DNA from: Coriobacteriia bacterium
Lineage (GTDB): Bacteria > Actinomycetota > Coriobacteriia > Anaerosomatales > JAAXUF01
Direction of reading: 5' to 3'
DNA length: 64,000 nt
Assembly: GCA_013334745.1 (NCBI GenBank)
Contig: JAAXWY010000002.1
Span: 35,421 to 99,420, forward strand
Position numbers and translations under genes: made by a program. Under the pieces are notes generated by a model. That model was not told the DNA's origin. It made no database searches and saw only the letters and a list, made by a program, of their open reading frames with translations. Shown one piece after another: positions 19,524-28,663 of this stretch (position 1 is the first letter of the stretch; every line of letters begins with the position of its first letter).

Positions 19524-19892
19524 ATGCCATGGAGCGTTGAGTACCACCCAGACAGCCGCATCATCGAGACACGCTACGAAGGTGTCATGTCGCCCGAGGA
19601 GCTGACCCTCGCGGTTCAGACGACGATCGAGGCCGCACACACCAACGGCACTTCGCTCCTATTCGGCGACTGCTCAGAACTGTCGGGCGGGCATTCGCTC
19701 GCCGATCTCTACTTCCTCGCCGAGTCGGTGCTTCCGGCGCTCACAGAGGGCGCACGGGAAGCAGTGCTGATGCCGCACCACGGTGAATCCACCGAGAAGG
19801 TCGAGTTCTGGGAGACGACGTGCCGCAACCGCGGAATCCACGTGCGGATCTTCAAGGAGCGCGCCGAGGCGCTGGCCTGGCTGACCGGCTAG
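19524..19892 (+). CDS. hypothetical protein
   Basis: 122-aa ORF with protein-like composition and no motif recognised. It converges on the HD-GYP sensor gene with a 3-nt gap. Confidence 0.5.
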   Translation: MPWSVEYHPDSRIIETRYEGVMSPEELTLAVQTTIEAAHTNGTSLLFGDCSELSGGHSLADLYFLAESVLPALTEGAREAVLMPHHGESTEKVEFWETTCRNRGIHVRIFKERAEALAWLTG

Positions 19893-19895
19893 GCG

Positions 19896-21980
19896 CTACT
19901 GGGCCGATGCCCAGATCGTTTCGAACCGTTCCTCGATCCGAGCGAAAGCCCCTGTCACCGCGGGGTCGAATTGAGTCCCCGCTCCCTCAACGATGATGCG
20001 CAGCGCTTCGTCATGCGACATGGCGGCCTTGTAGACGCGGACGGATCGCAACGCTTCGTACACGTCGGCGACCGCCATGATCCGGGCCGTCAGCGGAATC
20101 TGCTCCCCTGCCAGGCCGTCCGGATACCCCGTCCCGTCCCACCGCTCGTGATGCGAGCGGGCGATGTCTGCGCCCATGCGGATGAAGGCGTTCGTCGGGT
20201 GTCTTCCCTGCACAGCGGCGAGGGTCTCGGCGCCGATGAGCGTGTGGCTCTTGATGACCTCGAATTCCTCGGGGGTGAGCTTGCCCGGCTTGAGCAGAAT
20301 CGCATCGGGAACGCCGACCTTGCCCACATCGTGCAGCGGGGCGGCATTGAAGAGCATGTTCACGAACTCGTCGTCGATCCGATCCGCGAACGCGATGTCG
20401 GTGTGTAGCGACTCCGCGAGCGCCCTGCACAGACCTTGAACGCACTCGATGTGCCGTCCGGTCTCGTCGTCCCGGGACTCAGCGAGCTTCGCGAGCGCGA
20501 AAATCGTCGCCATCTGAGATTCCATGAGATCACCGGCCGCACGACGCCGGTCGGTGATGTCTTCCATGATTCCGATGTGCAGTTCAGGCGAGCCGTTGCC
20601 TTCGACGAGGGAGACCACGCGCAGCGACACCCAGACCGATTCTCCACCGCTGCGCAGATAGCGCTTCTCGACGGTGTAGGAGTCGATCTTCCCCTGTGTC
20701 AGCTGCTGGTTGTTGCGATTGGACACGGCGATGTCATCCGGGTGGGTGATGTCTCGGAAGCTGAGGGTCAACAGCTCATCTCGGCTGCGGTGAAGGATCC
20801 TGCAGAACGCCGGATTGACCTCGCGGAACATCCCCGACGCCGGCTCGATGATCGCAATACCGAGCGGGGCCTGAGCGAAGACGGTCTGAAACCGCGCCTC
20901 GCTCGTCGACGCTCGCTCATGCGCAACGTCGGCTGCCTCGGCGAGCGCCACGGTTAGGCGGGTGTTCTCGGCGAGCATCAGCACTCCGCGTGCCGCGACG
21001 AGCGAAGCGAGTGCAAGCCACACGGAGCCGGCCAAGATGTAGTCCCACCGATCGACCGAACCCGAGAGGACGATCGCGAGCAGGTACGGGATACCGACGA
21101 CAAGTGTGAGCAGTGCAGTAACGAGTGGGGCCCACGGAACGGTGTACTGTGCTTCGTCGGATAGTGACTCGACCGCCGGGCGCGAAATGCGCAACCACGC
21201 CGTCGCTGCCAGGACGCCCCATCCGGCCATCCAGAACAGATCGATCGCGTAGGCGGTGGTGCCGCCCGAAACGTACGTCCCTACGCCCAGAGTCCCGAAG
21301 TACAGCGCATCACCGATCGCCCACAGGCCGAATACCGCTCCGAGAAGTGTCCGCGGTTCAATCTTCGTTGGTCGTCGGTAGCCAAGAAGGAAGAACGCGA
21401 GGGCGAGGTCGAGGACGATCGAGAGGAATTCAGTGAGTTCACTCAGGTCATGCAGGTAGAGGGTGCCGTGCGTGGTCTTCACCACGAGAACCATGGTGAG
21501 GAACGTGTTCACGAGGAGCAGGAGTCCCAAGTCCAGCCCGTCGCTCCACTTGCGCAGGGTGGTCACTCCCTCTCCTCGAACCGACCACAGGGCCACGGGG
21601 ATGAAGAGTAGGTACGCGACCAGTTCCATTTCCAGCAAGAAGCTGCCGTCCGGCGGTCCCACTGGGTCGATGAACGCGGCGTAGATGGACCAGTTGAACT
21701 CGACAGCCGTGAGTATGAGCACGGCGATGAGCGTCAGCGTCCACTCCCTGCGCAGGTGACCCGTTGTGCGTCGGGCCGCTACTGTGGCTGCGACCAGGGC
21801 GATCAGCACGGGCACGAGGTACAGGATGCTTTCCAGCGCCGAACGCAGCTGATCCCCCACTGGAAGAAGATGGACGCCAGAGTAGACCAGGCCGAACGCG
21901 ACGACCAAGCCCGCAGTTGAAAGCGCCCGTCGATGAGCCACGGGTGCGCCTGATGACGCTTGCGCGATGCTTGCGTCCAT
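19896..21980 (-). CDS. membrane sensor protein with PAS and HD-GYP domains
   Basis: About 8-10 N-terminal TM helices, a PAS segment, then HDVGKVGVPD and HHERWDGTGYP. The ATG at 21980 follows a GGGGAGG RBS. Confidence 0.85.
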   Translation of the reverse strand: MDASIAQASSGAPVAHRRALSTAGLVVAFGLVYSGVHLLPVGDQLRSALESILYLVPVLIALVAATVAARRTTGHLRREWTLTLIAVLILTAVEFNWSIYAAFIDPVGPPDGSFLLEMELVAYLLFIPVALWSVRGEGVTTLRKWSDGLDLGLLLLVNTFLTMVLVVKTTHGTLYLHDLSELTEFLSIVLDLALAFFLLGYRRPTKIEPRTLLGAVFGLWAIGDALYFGTLGVGTYVSGGTTAYAIDLFWMAGWGVLAATAWLRISRPAVESLSDEAQYTVPWAPLVTALLTLVVGIPYLLAIVLSGSVDRWDYILAGSVWLALASLVAARGVLMLAENTRLTVALAEAADVAHERASTSEARFQTVFAQAPLGIAIIEPASGMFREVNPAFCRILHRSRDELLTLSFRDITHPDDIAVSNRNNQQLTQGKIDSYTVEKRYLRSGGESVWVSLRVVSLVEGNGSPELHIGIMEDITDRRRAAGDLMESQMATIFALAKLAESRDDETGRHIECVQGLCRALAESLHTDIAFADRIDDEFVNMLFNAAPLHDVGKVGVPDAILLKPGKLTPEEFEVIKSHTLIGAETLAAVQGRHPTNAFIRMGADIARSHHERWDGTGYPDGLAGEQIPLTARIMAVADVYEALRSVRVYKAAMSHDEALRIIVEGAGTQFDPAVTGAFARIEERFETIWASAQ

Positions 21981-22115
21981 TGCTGCCTCCCCGCAGCCGA
22001 GATGAGAGCGCGCCAACGGCGTCGTTCCAGCCGCCGATCAGACGCGACTACCACCCCGCACTCTCTCCTCGCGATAACGCGACCCCCGAGAGAGGAACGG
22101 CCCCTAGTGGTGTAG

Positions 22116-22379
22116 TTACCCCTTCTGCTCCCGCTCTCCCTGCTCTTCTCGCCATTCGGCCAAAGTCCGCAGGAAGCGAGTCATGCGGTGCTGCATCACA
22201 TCGCGCTTCACCGTGGGAGCGGCGATCTCAGCGGCAGCGACGCAGACGCGCTCTGCGGCCTCCAGCCGGGCCTGGACGCTTTCGAGGTGGGCAGCGATGC
22301 GCTGCGCTGCCTCCGGATTGTGTTCGGCGCGCAGGAGGGCAAGGTCCTCACGCGCGTCTTCGCTGGTGTAGTCCGACAT
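22116..22379 (-). CDS. hypothetical small protein
   Basis: The ATG at 22379 follows a GGAGG RBS. 87 aa, helical and acidic composition. Confidence 0.45.
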   Translation of the reverse strand: MSDYTSEDAREDLALLRAEHNPEAAQRIAAHLESVQARLEAAERVCVAAAEIAAPTVKRDVMQHRMTRFLRTLAEWREEQGEREQKG

Positions 22380-22469
22380 GTGGAATCCTCCGACGGTGCC
22401 ATCGGCGTTTGTCGCCATCGTCGCGCTGCGACCCACCGCCGTCCAGCGCCAGACAGATGCGCAACGCAA

Positions 22470-22500
22470 CAGGCCGGGAACTCAGTGAGTTCCCGGCCTG
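22470..22500 (-). terminator. 13-bp hairpin downstream of the displaced tRNA-Ala 3' fragment (probably the original tRNA terminator)
   Basis: CAGGCCGGGAACT-CAGTG-AGTTCCCGGCCTG. Confidence 0.5.
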
Positions 22501-22556
22501 CATATTCGTTGGTGGAGACGAAGGGGCTCGAACCCTCGACCCTCGGCTTGCAAAGC
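22497..22556 (-). repeat. att-type direct repeat containing a 47-nt copy of the 3' part of tRNA-Ala (distal island boundary)
   Basis: The 60 nt at 22497-22556 match 40914-40973 at 59/60 positions. Positions 22510-22556 equal tRNA positions 30-76, including CCA. Confidence 0.85.
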
Positions 22557-22740
22557 GAACCGGGCGGTAGGACGTGATGGGACGTCATAGACCCTGAACT
22601 GCAGTTTCTCGGTTTCGCGTTGTACGTGATAGGACGCCGTAGGGCGGCCTCACTAAAGAGAAACTACAGAAACCACGTCCCGGCGTTCTGCCTGTCTGTG
22701 TCTCGGTAATGCCTCTCGAATGATAGCCCCCAGAGCGACC

Positions 22741-25461
22741 CTAATGCAGGTTGGGACTGCCTCGATCACACCATTGAATCTCGGCCAGGTCCTTCATCAG
22801 CCATTCGTAGCAGAGCTCCGTGATAGGGCGCTTCCCGTATACGTCCAGAAGCGTATGGACAACCGATGACGAGGACCTCTCGATCAGATCCGTTCGTGTA
22901 CGTCGGGCGTCCGCTTGGATGGCCCAAAGCTCTTCGGGCGAGGGCTCCTCATCGACAAGGCTAACGCTGACTCGCGAGTCCTCCCCCTCGGGCAGGGGGA
23001 CGAGGTGCCATATGCCGACAGGTTGCGATTCCCATCCTGTGCCCTCCCGAAAGTGCAAGTAGAACACCAGTTCAACCGGTGAGAGGGCCCAGGTCCTAAG
23101 ATGTCGTGCGAGTGGCTGGAACAGTCCCTGTGCGAGGCGCTCGTAGGATCTCAATGCACCCTCGTAGACTCCCTCGACTCGTCGTCTAAGTTGCTCGGGT
23201 GAGTAGAAGTCCCAGACCCAAGCGCTACTACCAGACCCACGGAGGGAGAGGTCGACGTCAGGAAGGGGCCACGGCGGAACGAAGTTCTCTTCGCCAATAG
23301 CACGAAGTCGCTCGATTTCGGGCAGTACCAAGGCGAGTGGGTGCTCTAGTCCCTTCGGAGCGCCCGCGAAGACTATCTCTTCCAAGGGGCAGCCGGTGAT
23401 GTCACCAAATCGTGCCTGAATGAGTTCTTCGAGTGCCTGCACCCCGATTGCGTCACGCGGTGCACCTCTCCCGAGTACGACGTTCGCACTGTTCCAGATG
23501 GCCTCATGCATGACCTCGTCGGCTTCGGGGAATGGGGCCCCGCTTCTGAGAAGCGCCGTCATCTGCTTGCGAACGTGCTGCTGCGCCGTACGCCAAGGCC
23601 AGGCCGGGGCTGGCCCCGGGTACAGGAATCCCGACTGTGTCCAGCGGTATCGACTCGGTCCATCCCAACGAATGTCGCCGGGCTTAGTCTCTATGACGTC
23701 ACCGCTCTCGGGCCTTTCAGCCAGCCACGCGAAGTCCAATCGCGGCCCGTCGGTACTCACGCCCAAAGCTTGCACTTCGCCATCCGATGCGACAGGAACG
23801 AGCATGTCCCCCAGAGGACCGAGACCCTTGTGAAATCCGATCATTGCATGGCGCAACAGCGTTCCTGCCTTGTCGGCGTCAGGCATTGGAGTCGCCCGGT
23901 CTCTGTCGGCGAGGGGAGATGCACTCTCGCCGAGCAGCTCACCCACTAGGCCAGGATCGACCCGCACGAGCACTGACAGGAGGTTGTCCACAAACTCGGT
24001 GGGGGCGAGCTCCAAGAGCACTCTGAGGGCGCCCCTCCACCTGGAGAGCTGCTCTGGGGCCGATGCCAGTTCATCGGCATCGACTGCGCCCTTGAGGATC
24101 GCTCTCGCGGCGAACCATTCTTGGAGAAGCGCTAGCGGAAACGAAACCTGGCCGTCTCTTTGTTCAACGAGTCCAGAGTCGGTCAGTGAGGCAAGGTTTC
24201 CCGTGTGCGGCAGGTCTCTCGGAGCAACGGCCCGTGCGGAGGCAGTGGTGCTTACCGCGAGATGCATGAGCCATTCGTCAGCCTCAGAGTACCGACGCTC
24301 GCTGCCGGGAAGGCCTCGACGAACCAGATGCTGCACGAGTTCGCCGGTTGTTGCCGGCACCGCCGGATTCTCTCTGAGCCACAGACCCATCAGCAGAGCG
24401 AACAGCGGGAGCTTGGTTGCTTCGCGAATGCTCGGAGGCCATCGATTGACCTCCCAAGACCTCACCTCGCGATTCGCCGCCTTGGAGACCAAGGCTGAGG
24501 TTTCGCTCGGCTCCAGCGTTTCGATTGTGGTCCGCTCATCGTCGCCGAGATTCAGAGGCAGCGGCCGAGTTGTCAGCAGGCATGTGCTGCCGGTGATAGC
24601 GTTGAACGCACGTGCTTCGTTCAGAAGCCGCTCAGCATGCGACAGGTCGAGTTCGTCGAGACCGTCGACGATGACCACGGTTCCACCCGTTCCTCCGCCT
24701 CCGAGGCGCTTCTCGCGTTCTCCGACTTGCGTGTGGAGTGGTTCGTCGGTGAGCGTGTGTGAGTCGAGCCACACAGGCGCTAGGTCAACATCTGATGAAG
24801 CCAGTTGGATTGTGTACTGCAGCACGCTCTCTGCGAACGTGCTCTTTCCTGCGCCGACGGGAGCCACGACCACCTTCAGTGAACCCGAGCGGACCAGCCG
24901 CTCTGCCGCTTTCACGTGGAGTGACAGTAGTAGCGAGGCGAACGCTGGGGCTTGGGCTGATTCGACGCCGGCAGCAATACACCGTGTCGTCATGCGCTGA
25001 TTGGAGCCATGAACTAGCTCCTGCAGTACTTCCTCGCGTGGAGTCGTATGCAGAGTGACCAGTGCCTCGGACGCTTGAGCAGCCTTGGTTGCCTCCCTCA
25101 GGGTGCTGAGCTGAAGGTCATACCGCTGTGCAACCCGGAACGCAGCTAGGTAGGCTTCCGCGAGTTCCGGAGAGTCATCCGGTCGGTTGTCGAACCGTGA
25201 GAGGTTGAGATCACCTGTAGTGAGTGCATCTGTGCGCAGGCTGAGGGCCTCCTCGACGATGAGAACCCAGTTTTCCTCCCAGGCAAGGAAGCTCTCGTCG
25301 ACTGGCTGAATCGCGGACCATGACTCGCCTGCAGCCAACTCCGCGACGGCAGCATCATGAGCAGCGATAATCCTGGCCTGCGCCTCATCTCGGGGCGTCT
25401 TTCCCGGCAGCATGATCGGGAGAAGCGAGACTGCGAGTCCTATGGCTTCCATGATTGGCAT
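22741..25461 (-). CDS. NACHT-domain STAND NTPase (bNACHT/Avs-like candidate antiviral sensor)
   Basis: Walker A VVAPVGAGKST, the NACHT-type Walker B VVIVDGLDELD, LLTTRPLP and PLFALLMG are all present. The N-terminal region is about 220 aa and helical. The C-terminal region is about 500 aa and unassigned. I preferred the ATG at 25461 to the one at 25551. Confidence 0.85.
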   Translation of the reverse strand: MPIMEAIGLAVSLLPIMLPGKTPRDEAQARIIAAHDAAVAELAAGESWSAIQPVDESFLAWEENWVLIVEEALSLRTDALTTGDLNLSRFDNRPDDSPELAEAYLAAFRVAQRYDLQLSTLREATKAAQASEALVTLHTTPREEVLQELVHGSNQRMTTRCIAAGVESAQAPAFASLLLSLHVKAAERLVRSGSLKVVVAPVGAGKSTFAESVLQYTIQLASSDVDLAPVWLDSHTLTDEPLHTQVGEREKRLGGGGTGGTVVIVDGLDELDLSHAERLLNEARAFNAITGSTCLLTTRPLPLNLGDDERTTIETLEPSETSALVSKAANREVRSWEVNRWPPSIREATKLPLFALLMGLWLRENPAVPATTGELVQHLVRRGLPGSERRYSEADEWLMHLAVSTTASARAVAPRDLPHTGNLASLTDSGLVEQRDGQVSFPLALLQEWFAARAILKGAVDADELASAPEQLSRWRGALRVLLELAPTEFVDNLLSVLVRVDPGLVGELLGESASPLADRDRATPMPDADKAGTLLRHAMIGFHKGLGPLGDMLVPVASDGEVQALGVSTDGPRLDFAWLAERPESGDVIETKPGDIRWDGPSRYRWTQSGFLYPGPAPAWPWRTAQQHVRKQMTALLRSGAPFPEADEVMHEAIWNSANVVLGRGAPRDAIGVQALEELIQARFGDITGCPLEEIVFAGAPKGLEHPLALVLPEIERLRAIGEENFVPPWPLPDVDLSLRGSGSSAWVWDFYSPEQLRRRVEGVYEGALRSYERLAQGLFQPLARHLRTWALSPVELVFYLHFREGTGWESQPVGIWHLVPLPEGEDSRVSVSLVDEEPSPEELWAIQADARRTRTDLIERSSSSVVHTLLDVYGKRPITELCYEWLMKDLAEIQWCDRGSPNLH

Positions 25462-25758
25462 GTCTCGCCCGTCATCCTCTGGGTTGGGCCCGCGACTCTG
25501 TGCATGAGGCGGGAGGGTACGCCTTACACAGAGTAGCGTCTCAACGGCCATGATCGCTTGTGAGGTTGGCTCGAATGCTGCCGACGAGGGCAGCCAGCCG
25601 GACAGGTGGAGGTCTTCATCCCACTGGTCCTCGCTTGCTGATCAACCAAAGCTGAGTCACGCACATGCTGATGTCGCAGCGAACCTGCATAATCCTAGGG
25701 GCCGCATATCCGAGTCCGCTCGGGTGTCGTATCTGCCGGGTGAGTCTGGGGGGTCTCC

Positions 25759-27942
25759 TTGGGACGCAAGACAAGAGTTATCACGTTCGTCGTGCTGGTC
25801 ATTGCGCTGACCGCAGCGTTCTACATCGTCGCCGGGCAAGACTTCCTGTTGGACGTGCCGACCCTGGTCGTGTACACGTCGCTAGTGACCATGACGCTGG
25901 TCGTCTTCCTTGTAGAGCACTACTTCGGCACACCGTCCGGTGCGCTGGCGACCTCAATCTCCGGAGTGTTACTACTGATTCCCGCGTACGAGGGCTTGAG
26001 CGATTTGGGCCCGGTGTACTGGCTCATCCTTGTCTGGTGCGTTGGACTCGTTGCGTGCTCGAGCGCTGCCCTCATGATCCTGCCTGACAGGGAGGCGCAC
26101 GGGGCGAAGGCCGAGAGGGCGAGGTCGACTTCGGCCCGCCTCAAGGGGCTGAGCGTTCAGTACGGCAGCGCCCGACTCGTCTTCGGCTCGATTGCGGTGA
26201 CCACAGCGCTTGTATACATGATGGACGACCCGTACTTGGTGGGCCTGGTCTTCTTGTACGTCGTAGTGATCTTCGGGCTGGACACTCGAAGGCTGGGAGC
26301 CTCACGACCGCTGGAGACAACCGTGGTCGGCACAATCGTCAGGATTGAACCGAACAACGTGCTCCGCGTGACGGTCGGTAAGTACTCGGATCTAGTTGCT
26401 GGATCGAAGGTCGCCTACATTCTGCCGGGAGACGACGCGTCGGCTCGTCGCCAAGGGACGGTTGCGAAGGTCTATCGGACGATCGGTGGTCCGGAGGCCG
26501 TTGTCATTGAGGATGTCGGAGTCCTTGCACCAGCCGGGCCGGCGTTTGAGCATGGGGACGTCGCCGTCCTGCCCGAAGCGGCTACTGCCAGCGGTGTCGG
26601 TCTTGTGTCAGACAACTCAAGGATTTCATCAATCAAGGTGCAGACGTTGTCGCTCTCTGGTCTTCAGGAGGGCTCGTTACTAGCGGCGAACGTGGCCGCA
26701 GATGGCGACCAGACCGAGGTCATCTATCAGGTCTTTGACGCCGCAGTCCGGCATGAGGACGCACAGGCGCTGACAATCGCAGAAGCCGTCCAGTTGGGCG
26801 TGTGGAGCACAGCGGAATGCGGGCTTGTCAGATACGGCTGGGTTCCGCCAGTGAACACACTCATCACCCCCGTTGATGGCTCATGCAGCACGAGCGTTCC
26901 TGACGAGTCCATTCTTCTTGGCCACCTGCCGGGAACTGAGTACCCCGTCGCACTCAATCGTGACGCACTGCGGGGGACACACATCGCCATCCTTGGCGTC
27001 ACCGGATGCGGCAAGTCCGTCACCTCACGCTACCTTCTGAAGGAACTCGCGACCGATCACTCTCGCGTCGTGGTCGTCGATCTAACCGGCGAGTACGGAC
27101 GTCTGCTACGCGATCCGGCGCCGAACGCGATAGTGACCCAGGAGGTCCAGGGCAAGCTCATCGCGTCAATCGAGAAGCTCATGCTGCAGATGGCTGAGTT
27201 CCCCAACAAGCGAGACCAGAACCTCATTCGCGACTGCGAGGCCAATCTGGACAAGGGTTTCCGGCAGTCTCTAGGGGACTGGATCACTGCTGACGACGGG
27301 ACCTATGCACTGCTGGAGCTGCCGAGCTTTGAGAACACTGCTACTAGTCTGGAGTACACGCGTTGGTTCTTGCGGACGCTCTTTGATATCGCACGGACTG
27401 ACGGGCTTGCGGGCAAGAACGTCACCGTGGTCCTGGAAGAGGCTCACACGGTGGTTCCAGAGTGGAACTTCGCCGGCGCCAGAGGGGACAGGTCGGCAGA
27501 GGGCCTGCTGAACTCGATAGCCCAAATAGCATTGCAGGGCCGGAAGTACGGGATCGGGTTCGTCGTCATCGCTCAACGCACCGCCAACGTCTCCAAGACC
27601 GTCCTGACGCAGTGCTCCTCCGTGATTGCGTTTAGAAGCTACGACAACACCAGTGCCGACTTCCTGTCGAACTACTTGGGTGACGAACTGGTCAAGGCAC
27701 TACCAAACCTCCCTGACCGACACGCGATTGTGGTAGGGAGTGCCTTCCGCTCGCAGGTACCGCTGATATGTCAGGTGCTGGACATCGACGAGGGCAACGC
27801 CGAGGACGGTACTGTCGGGACGGGGCTTGAGGCGCAGGAGTCCGCAGACCCCCTGCCGGATACGTTGGTTGGCGCCCCGTCGATTGGCGAGTCGAGTCAC
27901 CCATCAGTTCCTTCAGGGCTCGACGACGACATCCCGTTCTGA
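25759..27942 (+). CDS. membrane-anchored HerA/DUF87-type (FtsK-HerA superfamily) ATPase
   Basis: About 6 hydrophobic helices in the first 190 aa or so. Then Walker A HIAILGVTGCGKS, Walker B VTVVLEEAHTVVPEW and VVIAQRTANVSKTVLTQCSSVIAFRSYDN. TTG start 5 nt after a GGGGGG run. Confidence 0.85.
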   Translation: MGRKTRVITFVVLVIALTAAFYIVAGQDFLLDVPTLVVYTSLVTMTLVVFLVEHYFGTPSGALATSISGVLLLIPAYEGLSDLGPVYWLILVWCVGLVACSSAALMILPDREAHGAKAERARSTSARLKGLSVQYGSARLVFGSIAVTTALVYMMDDPYLVGLVFLYVVVIFGLDTRRLGASRPLETTVVGTIVRIEPNNVLRVTVGKYSDLVAGSKVAYILPGDDASARRQGTVAKVYRTIGGPEAVVIEDVGVLAPAGPAFEHGDVAVLPEAATASGVGLVSDNSRISSIKVQTLSLSGLQEGSLLAANVAADGDQTEVIYQVFDAAVRHEDAQALTIAEAVQLGVWSTAECGLVRYGWVPPVNTLITPVDGSCSTSVPDESILLGHLPGTEYPVALNRDALRGTHIAILGVTGCGKSVTSRYLLKELATDHSRVVVVDLTGEYGRLLRDPAPNAIVTQEVQGKLIASIEKLMLQMAEFPNKRDQNLIRDCEANLDKGFRQSLGDWITADDGTYALLELPSFENTATSLEYTRWFLRTLFDIARTDGLAGKNVTVVLEEAHTVVPEWNFAGARGDRSAEGLLNSIAQIALQGRKYGIGFVVIAQRTANVSKTVLTQCSSVIAFRSYDNTSADFLSNYLGDELVKALPNLPDRHAIVVGSAFRSQVPLICQVLDIDEGNAEDGTVGTGLEAQESADPLPDTLVGAPSIGESSHPSVPSGLDDDIPF

Positions 27943-28003
27943 GCCCATCCGGTTGCCTCCGCCGTCGTGTGATGTGATCCTGGCGTGACGGGGAGGTCAA
28001 CCA

Positions 28004-28594
28004 TTGGATCGCATACTTGTTCACCTTGAAGCGGGGCAGCTCGACGACATCATCTCGATCGGCGTCGACGGTTCTGTCGACGTGGATACCGAGGCTCTCG
28101 CACGCGTGCTCTCGAAGCCGTTGGGCCTCGTCGGTGTTCGCGTAGCGGTCGCCAATGCGGACTACCTGCAGCATGAGGACGGAAGCCCGGAGCCCGATAC
28201 CCGGACAGTGAGTGGTATCTGGTGGCACCCGAAGGGTGATGACACTGCGCTCACCGGCGGATTCATTGTTGAGGGACACGTGCTCTCGATCACGACTGAG
28301 GGTGAGGGCGAGTCGCCGCTGGCTGAGGGTACCGAGGTTATCGAGCGAGCGACCAAGGCGATCGCTTCGCAGCACGAGGGTTCTGAGGTGCTGGAGCGGG
28401 GGCTGTTTCAAGTGCCGAGCCTGACAGGTGAGAAGCCGGTCCGTGTGGTCGTCACACGTGACTATCGGATACGTCGTCCGCAGGACCTCTTGGACGCGGA
28501 CGAGCTGGTGACGTTCGACGCTGGTCGGCTGGCGCTGGCCATCGTTCAGATGATCGGCGGCGGAAAGGCACTGGTCATCAAGCACGGGATCTAG
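28004..28594 (+). CDS. hypothetical 196-aa acidic protein, partner of the HerA-like ATPase
   Basis: TTG start 7 nt after a GGGAGG RBS. Composition and third-position G/C bias favour this strand over the Arg-rich antisense ORF 27692..28612. No motif recognised. Confidence 0.65.
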   Translation: MDRILVHLEAGQLDDIISIGVDGSVDVDTEALARVLSKPLGLVGVRVAVANADYLQHEDGSPEPDTRTVSGIWWHPKGDDTALTGGFIVEGHVLSITTEGEGESPLAEGTEVIERATKAIASQHEGSEVLERGLFQVPSLTGEKPVRVVVTRDYRIRRPQDLLDADELVTFDAGRLALAIVQMIGGGKALVIKHGI

Positions 28595-28663
28595 CCCCGC
28601 TGTGAGTGTCACTCCGTTACTCTATGGTGCGAACATCGACGCACACTCGAGGACGGATACTGC

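Noticed and set aside
27692-28612. 306-aa minus-strand ORF next to the cytosine methyltransferase, considered as a possible Vsr-type mismatch endonuclease or restriction subunit
   Set aside because: The translation is Arg/Pro-rich and lacks Vsr motifs (no FVDGCFWH-like or WE segment). It overlaps the 3' end of the HerA-like gene. The plus-strand ORF 28004..28594 has a strong RBS, a balanced composition and better third-position G/C bias.
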